Below are positions 26,099-38,215 of a DNA stretch of 64,000 bases, piece by piece. A program made the position numbers and the translations under genes. The first letter of the stretch is position 1. Each line of letters begins with the position of its first letter. A model generated the notes under the pieces. It was given only the letters and a program-made list of their open reading frames with translations. It did no database searches and was not told the DNA's origin. This DNA is from Octopus sinensis (lineage: Eukaryota): NCBI RefSeq assembly GCF_006345805.1, contig NC_043007.1, positions 60,202,001 through 60,266,000 on the forward strand. Reading direction: 5' to 3'.

Positions 26099-27305
26099 GT
26101 TAGCGTAGTTTATACTTGCACTTTAAAAGAATAAATAAATAAAATAAAATAAATAAAGAATAAGCAAAATTGCTTTAAATGTACTGTTTGAAGTAGACAT
26201 TTTTCTTGCCTGAAGAAAATGCTTTTGAGAACATGCCAAAGATTATAAAAGTTATACAAAACAAGGTTGAGAATAAAAGAAGACTAAATAAAAGAATTTC
26301 TAAATTCTTTTTTTTTTTTTTTCAATAGAATAAACACTTCTTAGAATTTATTTTGAGGAATACATTTCACAAAGAATAGAGTGTGTATAAAATAAGAAAG
26401 ATTGGTAGAGGGAGCAGTTCCTGTTATACACAATGCTACAGTGATAATTAGGTTAATGTCACTTCACTTGTGTAACATAAATGACTACTATTGAACAGCA
26501 ACTATAGTAGTGCCAATATAATGGTAACTAAGAAGCTACAGCTTAAGTTATTGCTCTCATATAATTGTGTCACCAATTAACTTGAATATGGTTTCATCTA
26601 CTTAGTTTGAACATAAAAAATGCGTTCAAGATTTTGCTGGAACAAGTTTAATATTTCCCTAACACATGAAATTTAAGCACTTTAACCAAAACTTTAAAAG
26701 CTGTCTATGGTGAAACAAAGAACTGCTTAGTTCAAAATAAGTACTTTATATTTCTTTAAAGATACAGGAACTTTAATCTTTTATCATTCTAAACAAAAAT
26801 TCTAAGATCATACTGCCAGAAAGTTTCAGGACAAGTGAGGTCGAGTAAAAATTATGGAGAATTTAGAAAAAAAATCTACTGTTAGATTGAATTTGAAATT
26901 TTCAGGTATAAAGTAGTTTATAGTGAGGTGTCTAGAACATGAAGCAAGTCTGGAGAAAGTGTATTTTTAATATAATTTATTGACTTGTAAATATATTGGT
27001 GTAACTAGCAGTAATTATATGGTTGTAAGTTTAGATTTGCTGTTTCTTTTTCATGGAAAATCAAAATACTTTACATGAGACTTGTTTAATGACTGCAAAA
27101 ATCTTTGCTGCAAATATAATCAAATTCTTAGTCTATTACCTTCATCAAGTTGATTGAATATTAATTTAAATGGAAATTATTCTATTTCTGTAACTTATGA
27201 AATTTTGTGTACAATTTTTATAATTTGCATCTTACAAGTTTACTTTAATCAAAGTATTTTTCATACTACCTTTCACTTTAAATTTAATATGCATTTTAAA
27301 AATTT

Positions 27306-27476
27306 AAAGCACCCACTACACTCACGGAGTGGTTGGCATTAGGAAGGGCATCCAGCTGTAGAAACACTGCCAGATCAGACTGGAGCCTGGTGCAGCCTCC
27401 TGGCTTCCCAGACCCTGGTCAAACCATCCAACCAGTGCTAGCACGGAAAACGGACGTTAAACGATGATGATGATGA
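27306..27476 (+). mobile_element. RTE LINE 3' tail (young, CpG-intact)
   Basis: AAAGCACCCACTACACTCACGGAGTGGTTGGCATTAGGAAGGGCATCCAGC...CGGACGTTAAAC(GAT)4. Confidence 0.85.
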
Positions 27477-29158
27477 GGTCCAGCTCTCTAAAGGATAATG
27501 ACATAAGTAGAGATATAAATACACAATATAAACATTACAGTATTATATCTTATTAAAAAAATTCAGAACAACTAGAAATTCCTACACTGGCTTTTCTATA
27601 AAATTTGTTGTTGAATCTATAATGGAAATTATAATTCTTCCTTTCCTTGTAAACAATAAATTTATAATTGTCAGCAATTAACATTTTTTGCCACCAAAAA
27701 TGATGAGACCTTTTTAACATGAGTGGTTTCCTTTATATATTTTTGAAAATAAACTGTAAAGCTTGGCACCCTAGCTGACAATACCAGGCAAATAATTCAT
27801 ATCTGCCTCCAGCTCTGTGATGTGTCCATGGCCCAAACACTAAAATTTGTAAGTGTTAGTGTTTTAAAATATGCCACAAACAATGTAGCTCATAGATATA
27901 ATTAGTGGCAAATTTGTTGTTAGTTGATTTGCAGTACTAAATTCCATTTACTCCAGCAGTTAATGTTACCTACCTGTGATAAGCCTACATTCTATCAAAT
28001 GGAAGATCTTGCTTTCATCTGCTTCTTTTTATAGAAACTGAAATTGAGCATTGGTCTAGTAAAACAAAATGAAAAAAATAGTTTCATTCATTGTTCATAT
28101 AAAATGCATTTATAAGAGATCTATTATGCCAGAAAATAAGTACCATTTCGAAAGATGGTTGGTGCTAACAATGCACATATGTGCTGGCAAACAACAGTTC
28201 TTAGAACTGGAAGACTTATTTAATATAAAAGTTGTAAATAATGCATATTTTATGAATAGTGGTTTTAATATATACACACACACACATATATATATTAGAC
28301 CAAGAAAATGAGATGTTTCATGAATTGTCTGCCTTTGCTACACAAAGGTAAGCTATGGTTCTTTGATCTCTATAGTGTGTGTGTGTGTATATATATATAT
28401 GTGTGTGTAGTACATACAAACACATTACTTACACACATTGAGCAGCCATTAATGGTTTAACTTTGTTTAGAATAACAATTTTCTATCTGATGTTACATTA
28501 ATATTAATCTACCATTGTACCTTAAATGAGTATTTCTCAGTTCAGCTAAAATACATCTTTTTTTATGAAGCATACAGACCAGTTCTGCTTTGAGTCAGCA
28601 GCAAATGTTTTTCATGCTAGAATGTGGGATTGTAATTCAGTTGTTTGTTTCAAGATATACCATGAGATTAGCCATTTCTTTGAGCAGAACTGGTTGGGTG
28701 GGACTATATAAATTATGCAAGTTTACTCAGCATTTTATAAATACAGAAAGCAGTTTGGTAGTAACTTATTTGTTTTGTGCTTTTTTTTTTATTAAACTGA
28801 TATTAAAGTCACTTAATATTTTTACAGCTGAATGCTCTTCCAATTAGTTGTTCACTTAACAATGGAGTGAGCTCAGCTAAGTAGACTAAAACAAGCCATG
28901 CTGGTGGCAATTCTGTTTTTTTTTTTTTTCTGTGTTGTCATATGTGAAACCATAGTGATTATCTCATTTACTTCAGCAAGTACACTGGAGTCCATGCTTT
29001 GCTGATGAGAGCTTAATAAAATCAAACATGTCTGGAGATGTTCCTTGATTATACAATAGTAGTTAAAATCATTGATTGTAAGGCTTAGCATTTGACCAAT
29101 TTTGAGGGTTTTAATTTTGTGTTGTTGATATAAATAAGTGCAAGACTGTTTCTTTCAG

Positions 29159-29264
29159 CCAACTTCATTGAGCAGTTTGCAAAGCTTGAAGGAACTCACT
29201 TGGAAAAGCTGAGCCAAAATTTGGGATTTGAGGCACTTTGCATTGCAATGGTGATGGGACATCT
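29159..29264 (+). other. Best candidate coding exon of an unidentified + strand gene
   Basis: CTGTTTCTTTCAG| acceptor and CT|GTAAGT donor. Single open frame NFIEQFAKLEGTHLEKLSQNLGFEALCIAMVMGHL. Protein not recognised. Confidence 0.4.
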
Positions 29265-30569
29265 GTAAGTTAGTAACATCCTTCAAGTGATGTATATAGT
29301 GTTTCTCAATTATGCAAATGTAACACAGTCGGATGTGAACTACTATGAGACCATAATCTTTGTTTTGTGTTGATGCTTGGTGTTGCTTAACCTCAGGTCA
29401 GTAGATCTATGATGATCTTTTTCATCTTAGCTCTGTTATGTCATATTGTCTTTTATTTAGACATAGTGCATTGAAGACTACACTATTTTTTGAACAACAG
29501 CTGGTTGCCAGCTGACAGAAAATCTGTAAAGAAAAGGAGTTTCAGAGAATGATATTAAGAAAGATTGGCAATGTATGATAAAGAGTGGAAGAGGAAATGA
29601 TATCTAAGAGAATCTGAACTGAGACCTAAAGTAGGGGGTTGGTATTAAGGTGAAGACTAGGTAAAGCACATTCGTGAAGATGTTAGTAGTAGTAGTAGTA
29701 GTAGTAGTAGGTAGGCCATCAACATCATATTTAGAAAGTTTGGGCCTTCAAGTGCATTACAGAAAAACAAAACCAAATTCTCACTACCAAATTTTGCCAT
29801 TCTCTGATGGATGGCTTGGCATGACCCCATTCATATGACAATAGTTATATGGAGTTTTGAGAGAAAGTGATATTATTGGAGAGATATTGAATAGTTAAGA
29901 TGAGATAAATAGATGTTTGATGGCATCAAGGAATACCTTTTTATTCAAAATAAAGTTTGTAAGCCATCACAGTAGCTCTGCAAAATATGCTTAGGTAATA
30001 AAAGGATAGCTTTTATTTTCTTTTCTTTTTTTTTATTAATTTGGTATTCTGATTATCAATATAAAAATTTTATAGAAAACATGATTATAAAAAGATTAGT
30101 AGTGTGTGAAATGAAGGTAAGGTAACTGATAGAAAAATTAGAATGGGTAAAAAATAGCTCTGGCAAACCTAAATTATTACATAAAACAAGAATATTGATT
30201 GTAGCTGTAGCAGTAAGACACCCATTATAGAGACTTGTGTGTGATCAATAATCAGTCTGTATTATGTTTAGACTAGTTATTGTAGCCAGATTTCAGAGCT
30301 GTATACCAGACAAGAGGTCAGTATTTGTTCCAAAATATATCTGGTGAGGCTTCAGTTTTTCATCAATAGATTTTTGTAATATTATTAATATTTTCTACCA
30401 TCAATTTGTTCTGCTCTTCAGCCTACATCAGTTATAGAAATATTGGAACATATAGCTCTATCTTGTCTAAACAGTCTTTTCTGATACTATTCTCAAAAAC
30501 TACATTTCTAATTTTCCTTTGAAATGCATCAATTTATTACACTACCAGGTATCCTTAAAAGCTGCAGGT

Positions 30570-31836
30570 GCTTCTGATATATAAATTTTTCTTTATATTT
30601 TCTCTTCCTTTAAAATCTAACCTTTTTGTTTCTACATATTCCACTTAATTCCTTCTCATGTCATCAATACTTCAGTTAAAACCTGTTTTTTGCTTGTGAA
30701 TACATATCTGTGGTTCATAATTTTTCTTTGTGATAGCCCATTCCAACTTTCCAAAAGTTTGAAAATAAAAGGATTTCATTTAATGACCCCATATTGCATA
30801 AATTTATGAAAGTGCTGGAAATCTGTATATTTATATTGACTATTAGCAATTGATAACCAAACTTTAAACTGAGGCTTGTTTATCATTGTTTATGGAATAA
30901 TGATGGTTTCACAGTTTGAAAATCTTCAGGATCTTCAAACTGGATCTTGGCTTGCACTGTGAAAATTATTACTGTAGATCAACTTCCCATTATTATTATT
31001 ATTATTATTATTATTAAGGCAGTGAACTGGCTGAATCGTTAGCACACCAGGCAAAATGCTTAGTGACATTTCATCTGTCTTTACATTCTGAGTTCAAATT
31101 CCACTGAGGCTCAGTGGAATTTGAACTTAGAATGTAAAGATAGATGAAATGTCACTAAGCATTTTGCCTGGTGTGCTAACGATTCAGCCAGTTCACTGCC
31201 TTAATAATAATAATAATAAGAAGAAGAAGAAGAAGGAGAAGAAGAAGAAGAGAGGAGGAGAAGAAGAAGAAGAGAGGAGGAGAAGAAGAAGAGGAGAAGA
31301 AGAAGAGAGGAGGAGAAGAAGAAGAAGAAGAAGAGAGGAGGAGGAGAAGAAGAAGAAGAAGAAGAAGAGAGGAGGAGAAGAAGAAGAAGAGAGGAGGAGA
31401 AGAAGAAGAAAAAGAACAACAACAACATCTACAGTAATAATTTTCACAGTGCAAGCCAAGATCCAGTTTGAAGATCCTGAAGATTTTCAAACTGTGAAAC
31501 CATAATTATTCCATAAACAATGATAAACAAGCCTCAGTTTAAAGTTTGGTTATCAATTGCTAATAGTCAATATAAATATACAGATTTCCAGCACTTTCAT
31601 AAATTTATGCAATATGGGGTCATTAAATGAAATCCTTTTATTTTCAAACTTTTGGAAAGTTGGAATGGGCTATCACAAAGAAAAATTATGAACCACAGAT
31701 ATGTATTCACAAGCAAAAAACAGGTTTTAACTGAAGTATTGATGACATGAGAAGGAATTAAGTGGAATATGTAGAAACAAAAAGGTTAGATTTTAAGGGA
31801 AGAGAAAATATAAAGAAAAATTTATATATCAGAAGC
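30570..31836. repeat. Foldback inverted duplication (arms 30570-31108 and 31110-31836)
   Basis: Centre CCACTGAG-G-CTCAGTGG with a 1-nt spacer. Arms are near-identical reverse complements with only a handful of substitutions seen, apart from the microsatellite. Confidence 0.95.
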
Positions 31837-31957
31837 CCCTGTCATCCTTTCAGGGTCAATAAATTAAGTACCAGTGAAACACTGGGATCAATTTAACTGA
31901 CTAGTCCCCTCCCCCAAAATTTCAGGCCTTGTACCTTTCGTAGAAAGGATTATTATG
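31017..31957 (+). mobile_element. SINE family C split by the foldback (5' part 31017-31109, 3' part ~31838-31957)
   Basis: 5' half ends at ...TTCAAATTCCACTGAGG and the 3' half resumes CCTGTCATCCTTTCAGGGTCAATAAATTAAGTACCAG. About 9 nt of the family consensus are missing. Confidence 0.8.
31201..31426. repeat. (TAA)n-(GAA/GGA/AGAGG)n-(AAC)n compound microsatellite
   Basis: Seen directly; present only in the right foldback arm. Source of the poly-E/R/K and poly-S/L/F ORFs. Confidence 0.95.
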
Positions 31958-31961
31958 ATGA

Positions 31962-32180
31962 TGAAGGCAGTGAGCTGGCAGAACCATTAGCATACTGAGC
32001 AAAATACTTAGTGGCATTTCATGTCTTTACATTCTGGCTTCAGATTCTACCATGATTGATTTTGCTTTTCATCCTTTCAGGATCAATAAAATAAGTCCCA
32101 GTTGATCACTGGTGTCAGTGTAATTAACTCGTCCCTTCCACCAAAAGTTCAGGCCTTGTGTCTGTTGCAGAAAGGATTAT
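31962..32180 (+). mobile_element. SINE family C directly behind the split copy
   Basis: AAGGCAGTGAGCTGGCAGAACC...AGGCCTTGTGTCTGTTGCAGAAAGGATTATT. Confidence 0.8.
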
Positions 32181-33059
32181 TGGTATTTTACTTGCTGGAT
32201 CTGGAGGAAAAGATAATACTCTTAGCCTTCACATGTGTTTGAGATGATGCTATTAATGCTCTGCTTAAATTGTTGCAATTCAGCAACTGAAGGTAAGACA
32301 TGAGCATGGAAGGAACTCCAGACATCTGACATTCAGGGGAAGAAGGATTGGGAACAGGAGTTAGTGCAGAGCTTTTGATTAAATTGGGATGTTTTTCTAA
32401 TTCATTCCTCATATATTTGGCATATATATTTGCTCTCAATAAATAATAATCTCAGTTTCATTATATGTTTCTCTTTATATAACTAAAATTAAAATAAGTC
32501 GTGTAGCATGTCACTTTATCAATTTTAAAATCAACCAATTAGAAAGCTTCAATACAATTGCTCAAACAGTTTGAAATAGCAACCAAATCTTCAAATCACA
32601 TCCTATGATTTTAAAAAGTGGCACTTGTCATCTACATAGAAGTAAACAACACCTGCATTTTAAAGCAGTTTTTTTTTTTTAATGTCATTTTCCAAATAAT
32701 CATACTTTGATGGACAATATTCTATGAATACTAGCCTTTAGTACATTGTATTCTCTCTCTCTCTCTCACCCCACCCCCTTGCTGTTGCAACAGTTTTTGC
32801 TTTTCTGAAATGGCTAGTTGATAACACCATCCAAAATATTTACCAGAATAATAAAATAGTTTAAGGTAGTAGTGAGATTTTTCGTCTGTTCTTAGAAAAT
32901 GCTTTAACTCATTAGCATTCAGATTATTCTGTCAAACACAATGCATTGTTTGGACTTAAGCAGGCATTATCTCAACTTCAAGATTTCAGTGATGTGTTTG
33001 TTTATTTTTTAAATGACATTGTAGAGTTGAGAGACTAGACCTGACCATACAGTTCTATA

Positions 33060-33300
33060 TTTAAGAGATGAGGAATTATGTAGATTATTTACATTAAACG
33101 GATATTTGTCCTCATCTTGTTTGTTGTTAACACATTTCAGCTGATATACCCTCCAGCCTTCATCAGGTGTCTTGGGGAAATTTTGAACATGGGTTCTCAT
33201 TCCTAAGGTATTTTTCGATATTATTATTATTATTATTATTATTCAGGTCACTGCTTGGAATCAAACTTGGAATCTTGGGGTTGCTCACAAAAATATGTTA
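33060..33300 (-). mobile_element. Composite element: tRNA-like head, (AAT)n and a hammerhead remnant
   Basis: Minus strand ...CCCCAAGATTCCAAGTTTGATTCCAAGCAGTGACCTG(AAT)n...ACAC-CTGATGA-AGGCTG-GAGGGTATAT-CAGCT-GAAA-TGTGTT (33170-33129). Stem III and the cleavage triplet are missing. Confidence 0.5.
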
Positions 33301-33765
33301 ATCTCCAAAAAATAGTGTTACATTTCCATCTAAACTTCTTTGATAATCCTAGATTATATTTTGCTGACACAGTCAAGATCAGTAGAACTGCAGGAAAATA
33401 TATGAGCAGAGAGCAGTGAGGGAAGAGCCTGAAAGGGTTGGGCACATGGAGGGTGATAAGAGGAAGACAGAGAAGCAGATTAGAATTGCTTGAGTGGTAT
33501 GTGGCATGTGCCCAGCCAATTCCATTGTATTAGCAGTAGAAAAAGCAGGAAGAAGTGACAGCAAGCCAGCAGACCTCATGCTAGAATATCTGTTTTATTG
33601 GTCCCCAACAGCAGGCTTTCACATTGTTTCAATTTCTCAAATTTCATTCATAAGGCTATGGCCAATCCAAGAGCATGGTAGAAAACATGCTGAAGGATTG
33701 AATCTGAAACCGCATCATATTTAAAGTTACATAAAAATTATTTTTTATATTTTTACAAGGTTTAA

Positions 33766-33953
33766 GGTAGCAAGCTGGCAACATTATTGGTACACCAGGC
33801 AAAGTGTTTCACAGTATTTCATCCATCTTTATATTCCGAGTTAAAATTTCTCCAGGATCAACTTTGCCTTTCGTCTTTTCAGAGTTGATAAAATAAGCAT
33901 CATTTGAGCACTGGGATTGCTGGCATTGTGTCAAGATTTGGAACCATTATCTA
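33766..33953 (+). mobile_element. SINE family C with 12-bp TSD
   Basis: TACAAGGTTTAA at 33754-33765 and 33954-33965. Confidence 0.75.
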
Positions 33954-34192
33954 TACAAGGTTTAAATTATTATACTTGTAGTCATGTAAGAGAATTCTCA
34001 ATAAATTATTGCAAAAATTTGATTCCAATATAAAAATACTATAACAGATTAAATTTTACCAGTTTGAATTCTACTTCAGCTTACTTTCAAGTATTATATA
34101 TTTCTCTTAATATTTTCATCATATATTATCTGAGGAAAATAGCATTTATACTGTGGATTTTTCAGCCCTCTTTATTTCATTCACTATGCTCC

Positions 34193-34415
34193 TTAACCCT
34201 TTTGTTATATTTCTGTTGAATAACACTACCTTTGTGTCAATTAATTTTGAAAATTACTAAGAATTTAGTCAAATAACTTGTTATTTAGCTGATATATGGG
34301 ACATTATTTAGCATGAAATTATGAGGAAACATTTTAATATTGATCACTTTAGAACATAAAGTTCACATCATGGAACCAGAAGTGATCTTGGGTAGGATGG
34401 TATCCAAAAGGCTAA
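34193..34415. mobile_element. piggyBac-type MITE, decayed
   Basis: TTAA|CCCTTTTGTTAT...TATCCAAAAGGC|TAA. Confidence 0.55.
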
Positions 34416-35239
34416 TGCAACCACAGCCAAGTTGGAAACTAGATACCTTCTGTAACTTTCTTGAATTATATTTAGGGATTGGGGAGTGGGTTCTAAGAAA
34501 AAGTTTGAATTCTGGTAAAGAGAGCTGTAGTCAGGAACTAATGGTTAACATGTTGAACACTAAAATAATTGTCACAAGATACACAAAAGCCTTGGTACAT
34601 CTTATTTTGGACACGGTGAATAACTGGTGCAATGGGATCTCTAGCAGATTGACAGGAAATTGAACATCTGATGCACCAGGATGTTCATTAAAAGTGATAT
34701 ACAGGTTATAGAATTTGTGCATCAGCAAATGTTAAAGATAATGTGAGAGTTTTTTTTTTTTTTCTACTATATACAAGGAGACTAGGTGAAAAAGTGCCAT
34801 GAGTTGATAGTGAAAGATAGCTGATGTGTGTGTAAACCAAAGAAGATCCAGAGAAACATGGTGCAGACATATCTGAGACTATTAAACTACTCAGATAAGA
34901 AGGCATATGAGTAGAATTCTTGAAGAAATTCTGTATTGCAGAATCAGCCACCTGTGTTGGAAAATATGTTATTTATAAAATTGAAATTATACAAACTGCA
35001 ATAATGAAATCTTGATAATCTCTGTAAAAAGCTTGACGTATGATACAATGGAATTAAACTGAACTAGTGAAACCTAACAGAAATGAGATATTGATGTTAA
35101 GTAAAATTACATCTAATTGTCTTTTCATTGGAATATGTATAGACTTGTATTAATTACTCTGTTATTAGGGTAATACAAGTATAAAATATATTCATATGCC
35201 TACTAATATCAACCTAATTATGTCCCTTTCTAAAATAAG

Positions 35240-35246
35240 CTCTCTT

Positions 35247-35337
<91 letters not shown>
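35240..35337. repeat. (CT)n microsatellite
   Basis: Seen directly. Confidence 0.95.
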
Positions 35338-35342
<5 letters not shown>

Positions 35343-37291
35343 CAAGTTAGGGTTAGAGATTGATTGGTTTGTTAACCTTATCTTGACTCAAGGTAGTCTT
35401 TAATCATCTTTTCATGCCAATTTTTTTACATATCTATGTATTTCTTTGGGTTGGGATGAACTGGAAATTCACAGGGTTGAGTGAGCTATCTCCTACACCA
35501 TTACAGTGAAGACATGCATTAATTTTAATAGTATTTAACCTTTATTCTATAATTTCTTTCCCTTTGAAACTCTGTAACCCTTGTCCAAACAGATTATTAA
35601 CACATTTGTGAATAATCAATCACTTTGAAGAAACACTTACTAATGCTTAGTTTTTTTTTTGTTTTTTTTTAATCAAAATTTCAATATAATTTTCAACAAT
35701 ATAGAACAAAGTCTGTTTAAGATGATGGCAAAATAATTTTGTTCACTTCTGAATATATCATTTTTCAAAAGAGAGCAAAACTTTTTGAGAGAACAAGTAA
35801 AACAATGAGAGAACCAAAAATATTAAAATTAAAATACATAAAAAATGTTAAAGACCAAAATTTTTTTTAAATTCACATGCAGAAAACAATTGATACATAT
35901 GTTATTACTATTTATTCTCAAACAGGCCCTAAAGAGTATCCCCTATAATGGAAGATGTTTTGGTCATGACTGACCTGTCTTATTTTGAGATAAGTTTACA
36001 TTATATTAGCCTATTTTTAAGAAAGTAGGATGTTTCCAGGTTGGTTTGGCTACTCTAGTTCTGGTGGGTTACACATCTATAGAAAGTCTTCCTCACTGCT
36101 GAACATGCACAATGTTACCTAGCTGGTGTTAACAATCAAATATTGGATCATTTCACTTAACATGTTGTGAACAATTTTTGTAGTTTTTCTTTTCTTTTCC
36201 AGATCACCAGGATCAGCAAATTTACTGTAATTAGCACGGCATCGAGTGCAGTATATATCCAAATTTTGATGCCTTTCTTTGATGGTTTTAGTAGAATATA
36301 TTGTTTAAATTTTAAATGACCCTTGTAACCAATCATAACTTCTTCAATGAGAACTTCCAGGAATGTATTTAAAATTAGTTCATGATATTCACAAAAGATT
36401 GTATGTTAGTAAGTTTATCATCTCCAGGACTGATCTTTTGTTAGTACCATGCATCATCTGCCATTAGTCCTGGCTATAATTTTGTGTGTGTGTATATATA
36501 TATATATTTATTTATTTTTGTCTTATATCTAATTTCTGTATGAGATCTGGCAGCTGTCCTGAAAGCTTGGAAATGTTTACACCTTGATGTCAATCACTGT
36601 TAGTTTATATACACACACACACACACATACATACATACATACATACATACATATTTTATCACCAGTTATAGTTTCATTGTTGCTGACATCACAAGTACTA
36701 ATGTCTCTGCTACAACAAAATTAAAACATTTTTCCCTCAGTATTTTTAATATACTGAGAGAGAGAGAACCTTTAAATTTGACCTTGGGTGTAGTTGACGT
36801 CAATCACATATCCTATGTCACTATTGAAAATCATGTGAGAAAAATCACTCAAACTAGGTATTATATACTAAAATTGCATGACAAGCATTACAAATAATAA
36901 TTGTGAAATGGTTTTCTAATGGTCAGCATAAGAAATTTCCATTGCAGTTCAATATATAAATCAATAAAATATTGTTTGATAAGCAAGAGAACACTCCCAA
37001 GATATCTCATGTTTGATTGTCATCAAGCATGTATCTTGAAAGTGTTTTCATGAGTTATTTCTGTAACAGCTGTAATATTGGAATGATACTTGTTACACTG
37101 GTTATTGCTTAGCATTTTTGAGTGTACTGTCTCTTTGATTTCTTTAGAAACACCTTCCAAAATAATGTAGGCAGGGAACAAATCAGGGTCTGCTCAGAAT
37201 GCTCACAGCAATGAAATCTATTAACAGCACTAAAGAACCAAGTAGTAGTGTTTAGTATATGCTTGTCTCAGAAAGATGTTTATAGAGTCCT

Positions 37292-37517
37292 TTAAGCCAT
37301 TCGCATTTAAACCAACCATGTCTGACCCAAATATTCTACTTGTTTCATGTTCAAACAGACCAGATCCAATCTCTCACACTTAACCTACAATGTCACTAAA
37401 AATAAAGAATCACATAAATGAAATCCTGAAGTTGTGGGCTAATTCAGGATTAATTCAAAACAATGTAAATAAATAAACATTACAATCGACAGAATAATCT
37501 TAATGCTAAAGGGTTAA
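37292..37517 (-). mobile_element. TTAA-type MITE family 2, full length
   Basis: TTAA|GCCATTCGCATT ... AATGCTAAAGGG|TTAA. Reverse of the 20980 copy. Confidence 0.7.
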
Positions 37518-37712
37518 GGATTTTATCTCTATTTCATGGTAATTGAAGTAAGGATGGATAACTGTTTCTTGAGCACATTGAGAAGCATGGCTAAGCCAGT
37601 GAAGCAGAAGTCAATTCTAAGTGCTAACTACATGGGTACCTGGTTGTTGAACAAATAAATGATTAAGTTAGCTAATATTTTAAATGGGATTCTGCATAAT
37701 TTTGTAGTGTAA

Positions 37713-37865
37713 GTGCAGGAATGGCTGTGTGGTAAGTAGCTTGCTTACCAACCACATGACTCCAGGTTCAGTTCCACTGTGTAGCACCTTGTCTTCTACT
37801 ATTGCCTCGGGTTAACCAAAGCCTTGTGAGTGGATTTGGTAGATGGAAACTGAAAGAAGCCTGTC

Positions 37866-37903
<38 letters not shown>

Positions 37904-38097
37904 TGTGTGTCTGTGTTTGTCCCCCCACCATCGCGTGACAACCACTGTTTGTGTTTATGTCCCCGTAACTTAGTGGTTCAGCAAAAGAAACCGATAGAAT
38001 AAGTCCAAGGGTCGATTTGATTGACTAAAGATAGTGCTCCAGCATGGCCTCAATCAAATGGCTGAAAGAAATAAAAGAATAAAAAAAGAAAAAGAAT
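37713..38097 (+). mobile_element. SINE family A
   Basis: Colinear with 2393-2806. Confidence 0.85.
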
Positions 38098-38099
38098 AC

Positions 38100-38215
38100 T
38101 TTTTTTTTTACTTAAAATGTTATTATAAAAGAAACTAACACATGTACACATACACATGTGTGTATGTGTACACGTGTTAGTTCCTTTTATAATAACATTT
38201 TAAGTAAAAAAAAAA
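38100..38215. repeat. 116-bp near-perfect hairpin
   Basis: T10ACTTAAAATGTTATTATAAAAGAAACTAACACATGTACACATACACA-TG-TGTGTATGTGTACACGTGTTAGTTCCTTTTATAATAACATTTTAAGT(A)n: 57-bp arms, 2 mismatches. Confidence 0.9.

Noticed and set aside
29159-29264. WD40-like AKIWDLR in an alternative frame, or a selenoprotein reading through TGA
   Set aside because: That frame has two in-frame TGAs and no SECIS evidence; likely coincidence.
31149-31505. Poly-E/R/K and poly-S/L/F ORFs
   Set aside because: Translation of the GAA/GGA microsatellite.
33390-33580. Purine-rich tracts (also ~21560-21890, ~29520-29680) resembling antisense CR1/L2 3' ends
   Set aside because: Only faint motif resemblance (FFYC*YNG); not enough to call.
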